NCBI GenBank assembly: GCA_040506195.1
Contig: JBEVXH010000010.1
Coordinates: forward strand, 16,993-80,992
DNA: 64,000 nt
Origin: Candidatus Thiodiazotropha sp.
Lineage (GTDB): Bacteria; Pseudomonadota; Gammaproteobacteria; Chromatiales; Chromatiaceae
Direction of reading: 5' to 3'
The first letter of the stretch is position 1. Every line of letters begins with the position of its first letter. Positions 60,927-64,000 of this stretch are shown in pieces. A model generated the notes under the pieces. The model had not been told where the DNA came from, made no database searches, and saw only the letters and a program-made list of their open reading frames with translations. Position numbers and translations under genes: made by a program.

Positions 60927-61408
60927 CGCTTACCTTCCCGCCGCCATGCCCGGTAATGTGTATGTGCAGTCTGCACATCGGTTACGCCATAGACGACTGC
61001 CTGGCCATCGAAAACAATGGCTGGATAGCGATCCACGCCATACTGCATCGCCTTCGCCAAACCCATTGCGGCATGTTGCATCCGCGTTCGATCTTCCTGA
61101 CGCAGTTGCTGGAAGCGTTGCTGAACGACTCGTTTGGATTGCTCGGGATCAGCCGGAAGGCCTTCGGACAGCTTCGCCTCGGTACGCCGGATGCCATCCA
61201 GTTCATAGACATGGAATTCATTTTCCCCACGAAGTGACTGCCTGTTGATACCCGCCTCACCGGCTATAGGTGTATCTGTCGTGGTAAATACTTCTACGAG
61301 GCGTGGATGAACCTCTACCGGTTGACTCGCTTGTATAACTCCAGCGAACAAGGCCAATACTATCCGTACCGGCACAACAAAGCGTATTGAATGTGAATTC
61401 TTGGTCAT
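60923..61408 (-). CDS. Integrating conjugative element protein, PFL_4709 family
   Basis: Signal peptide, VEVFTT, AMQYGVDRYPAIVFDGQAVVYGVTD. Confidence 0.85.
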   Translation of the reverse strand: MTKNSHSIRFVVPVRIVLALFAGVIQASQPVEVHPRLVEVFTTTDTPIAGEAGINRQSLRGENEFHVYELDGIRRTEAKLSEGLPADPEQSKRVVQQRFQQLRQEDRTRMQHAAMGLAKAMQYGVDRYPAIVFDGQAVVYGVTDVQTAHTHYRAWRREGKR

Positions 61409-61803
61409 GTATACCAATAGACCGTCATAAAGTGATGGGCTATCGTGAATCATGCGTCAGTCCAAGGAAACAGGAAACTCGATCAAGATGCGGCGTGGTT
61501 TATACCTGGCGGATTCAACCAAGGATGAAAAATCGCCTTAATAGACGACTATTGGCTCCGCCCGATTGCTTTAAAGCGGGCGTGACAATCAATGCACTAG
61601 TAGACTGAATAGATGTCTCAAAAGTGCCGGAGTTGTGGACCAATCGGTTGACGGCAGGAAAACTGCCGTTCCCGGCTCGGAGTAAGAAATGTTGCAGTGC
61701 GTCAGCGATGTGCCATAACCGGCCGTTCAAGGAATTGATCTACGCGCTACACAGATAGAGAACATTATGAGAATATTCGTCTCTCCACGGAAAGGAGAGC
61801 CAC

Positions 61804-63337
61804 ATGCATCATGCAGCGATCAAGGACTGGTCATCATACAGCCCGCCATATCAGCGGCACCGGCCAGAACGGACACTTCTTTATCAAATCATTGAGCAGC
61901 ACTATCCGGAATTCCGGGATATCATGGCGGCTCAGGGCAGGTCCCTACCCCGGCATGTTCAGCAGGAATTCTCGGAGTATCACAAGTGTGGACGGCTGGA
62001 AAATGGATTCCTGCGAGTGCAATGCACCGAGTGCCACCATGAACACCTGGTCGTGTTCAGTTGTAAAAAGCGGGGATTCTGTCCGAGCTGCGGAGCGCGG
62101 CGAATGGCGGAAAGCGCCGCACTGCTGGTCGATGAGATTTTGCCGGAACAGCCTATACGCCAGTGGGTGCTGAGTTTTCCATTTCAATTGCGGTTCCTGT
62201 TCGCCAGCCGCCCGGAGCTGATGGGCCAGGTGCTGGGTATTGTTTACCGGGCGATATCTTCGCACTTGATCAAGAAGACAGGTTTCGCCCGAAAGACCGC
62301 GCAAACCGGCGCGGTGACGCTGATCCAGCGATTCGGCAGTGCGTTGAACCTCAATGTTCACTTTCACATGCTTTTCCTCGACGGTGTCTACACCGAAACC
62401 CAATACTGCAAAACACGATTTCAGCGCACCAACGCCCCGGATCAACAGGAATTGACTGATCTGGTGCATACCATCAGCTACCGGGTTGCATGCTTTCTTG
62501 AGCGCGAAGGCATCCTGGAGCGCGATGAGGAAAACAGTTACCTGAATCTGGAACATGCGGACGAAGACCCGATGCAGCAGGTGATTGGCAGCTCGGTCAG
62601 TTACCGAATCGCAGTGGGACCACAGCAAGGACGCAAGGTATTCACGTTACAGACCATTCCGGCCTGGGAGGAGGATGACCGGTTTGCACAGGTGGCGAAA
62701 GAGTCCGGATTCAGTTTGCATGCCGGTGTCGCGGCGCAGGCCTGGGAGCGACAGAAGCTTGAGCGCCTGTGCCGTTACATGACGAGACCAGCGGTCTCCG
62801 AGAATCGGCTTTCACTGACACCCTCGGGCAATGTCCGCTACGACGTGAATGGAATCACAAGTGTCGCGGGCGCAGGGATGCGCAGGAGCGACCCAGCTCA
62901 AGACGCCCTACAGCGATGGAACCACGCATGTCATTTTCGAGCCGCTGGATTTCATCGCCAGACTGGCCGCCCTGGTTCCGAAGCCCAGGGTCAACCTGAC
63001 CCGATTCCATGGTGTCTTTGCACCCAATAGCAAACATCGAGTCGATGTAACACCAGCTAAACGGGGAAAGGGCCGAACCCACCAGGAAAGCGAAGACAGG
63101 ACGCCGGAGCAGAGACACAAAGCGATGAACTGGGCGCAACGCTTGAAGCGAGTGTTTAACATCGATGTGTCGATCTGCCAGAAGTGCGGCGGTGAAGCCA
63201 GGGCGATTGCCTGTATCGAGGATCAAGCGGTGATCGACAAGATTCTGGATCACCTCATGAAGAAAGGCGCATTACCAGCACCACCCGAATTACTGCCAGC
63301 TGCGCGGGCCTCGCCCCAGGCAGAGTGGTTTGCATAG
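61804..63337 (+). pseudogene. IS91-family (ISCR-like) rolling-circle transposase interrupted by a 52-bp insertion
   Basis: CGRL...SCKKRGFCPSC zinc-binding region, NVHFH (HUH), LCRY. GNVRY|QLKTPY is split by 62842-62893; removing the insert restores a 493-aa frame. Confidence 0.9.
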
Positions 63338-63576
63338 CGGCATCAGACCGGAAGTTTACCCCCGCCATGACTTCACATAACGACAACTGATTTTAATGGG
63401 TTGCCTGATTGCTTGCGGCCTAGTCAAAACCAGAAGGTCTAAAAAAGTCAAACAGTGAGAAAGCTCAGTGCGGAATATGAATGCTGGCTGGAATTACCCT
63501 GAGTTACTCTTGTTTCGGGCGGGGCTCTGAAGGTCTGGTTCCGGCTTGATATGCCAGGGTGTTGCGTTTATTCTTC

Positions 63577-64000
63577 TCGTATAGACGCCCCTATTGTCAA
63601 CCTGAATTTTCACTCTCTTGATCGTAGAGCGGGTGTAGACCTTGGACTAACATCCTCGTATTCGCGTGCTGGTTAACGCATTAAGATCTGTCCGTTTTGG
63701 GGTTACCACAACCTATACACAGGCGCTTTCGTTACCGATTTCTAAAGAAGGTTACGTGGGCTTCCCAATCTCTGTCTTATCCTCTGGACCAATCCGTTTA
63801 TTCAAGCAGATGACAATCTGGTTTTATATCGCGTATTCCTGGCATTGCTTCTTTAGGCGGCCACCTTCTGCAGTGACTCCCAGATAAAGCCCACCATTTC
63901 CCGGGCACAGGCGACTTTCACTTTGTTTGGATGCTTGCCCGCGATCAACAAGCGGTTGCCCTTTTTGTTCAAACGCTTCAAGCAACGATCGGCAATACTC
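63577..64000 (-). mobile_element. IS110-family element: transposase C-terminus (63853 to beyond 64000) plus ~275-nt 3' non-coding end
   Basis: Not in the ORF track. Manual translation gives ...RLNKKGNRLLIAGKHPNKVKVACAREMVGFIWESLQKVAA*, a typical IS110 C-terminus. The end resembles TTGACAATAGGGGCGTCTATACGA. Confidence 0.72.

Larger units (their letters stand above)
29125..64000. mobile_element. tRNA-Leu-associated genomic island / ICE remnant with defence cargo (right boundary outside the window)
   Basis: Core genes stop at the tRNA 3' end; downstream are RM, Hachiman, ICE transfer genes and IS elements. No integrase lies in the window. Confidence 0.8.

Noticed and set aside
61454-61803. Short ORFs between the ICE genes and the IS91 transposase
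   Set aside because: No motifs or RBS support; probably IS left-end or deletion-junction sequence.

Overview
The window has two parts. (1) 1-29124 is gammaproteobacterial core chromosome, mostly on the minus strand: aspS (partial), DUF502, FmdB zinc ribbon, PilZ, a PomA/PomB-type stator pair, an SDR, a DUF971-MoaD-like fusion, gspC, dedD, folC, accD, trpABF, truA, fimV, asd, leuBDC, LysR, ndk, an MFS transporter, aroC, tolC, an M23 peptidase and tRNA-Leu(CAG). A small MITE-like end motif recurs there, mostly on stop codons. (2) From the 3' end of tRNA-Leu to the window end is a genomic island / ICE remnant. Its centre is a ~23 kb co-directional, tightly coupled minus-strand gene run: HTH regulator, hsdM(NPPF), 75-aa ORF, hsdM(NPPY), hsdS, a vestigial copy of the hsdR start, an SF2 helicase-nuclease (Hna-like), hsdR, then a six-gene module, then hamA-hamB (Hachiman). 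The six-gene module encodes a GrpE-like protein, an atypical Hsp70, an AAA ATPase, a degenerate J-like protein and two membrane proteins that share an N-terminal peptide; one carries a peptidoglycan-binding domain and four 71-aa repeats. This module is the best candidate for an undescribed system: a dedicated, envelope-linked chaperone machine embedded between known antiphage systems. Further right lie an XRE regulator plus an unknown protein that share a C-terminal VRDGE[W/F] motif, a GNAT with integron-cassette hallmarks, five PFGI-1-class ICE transfer genes, an IS91/ISCR transposase broken by a 52-bp insertion, and the end of an IS110 element that appears to sit in the ISCR oriIS. All family assignments come from motif recognition by eye; no database searches were run.
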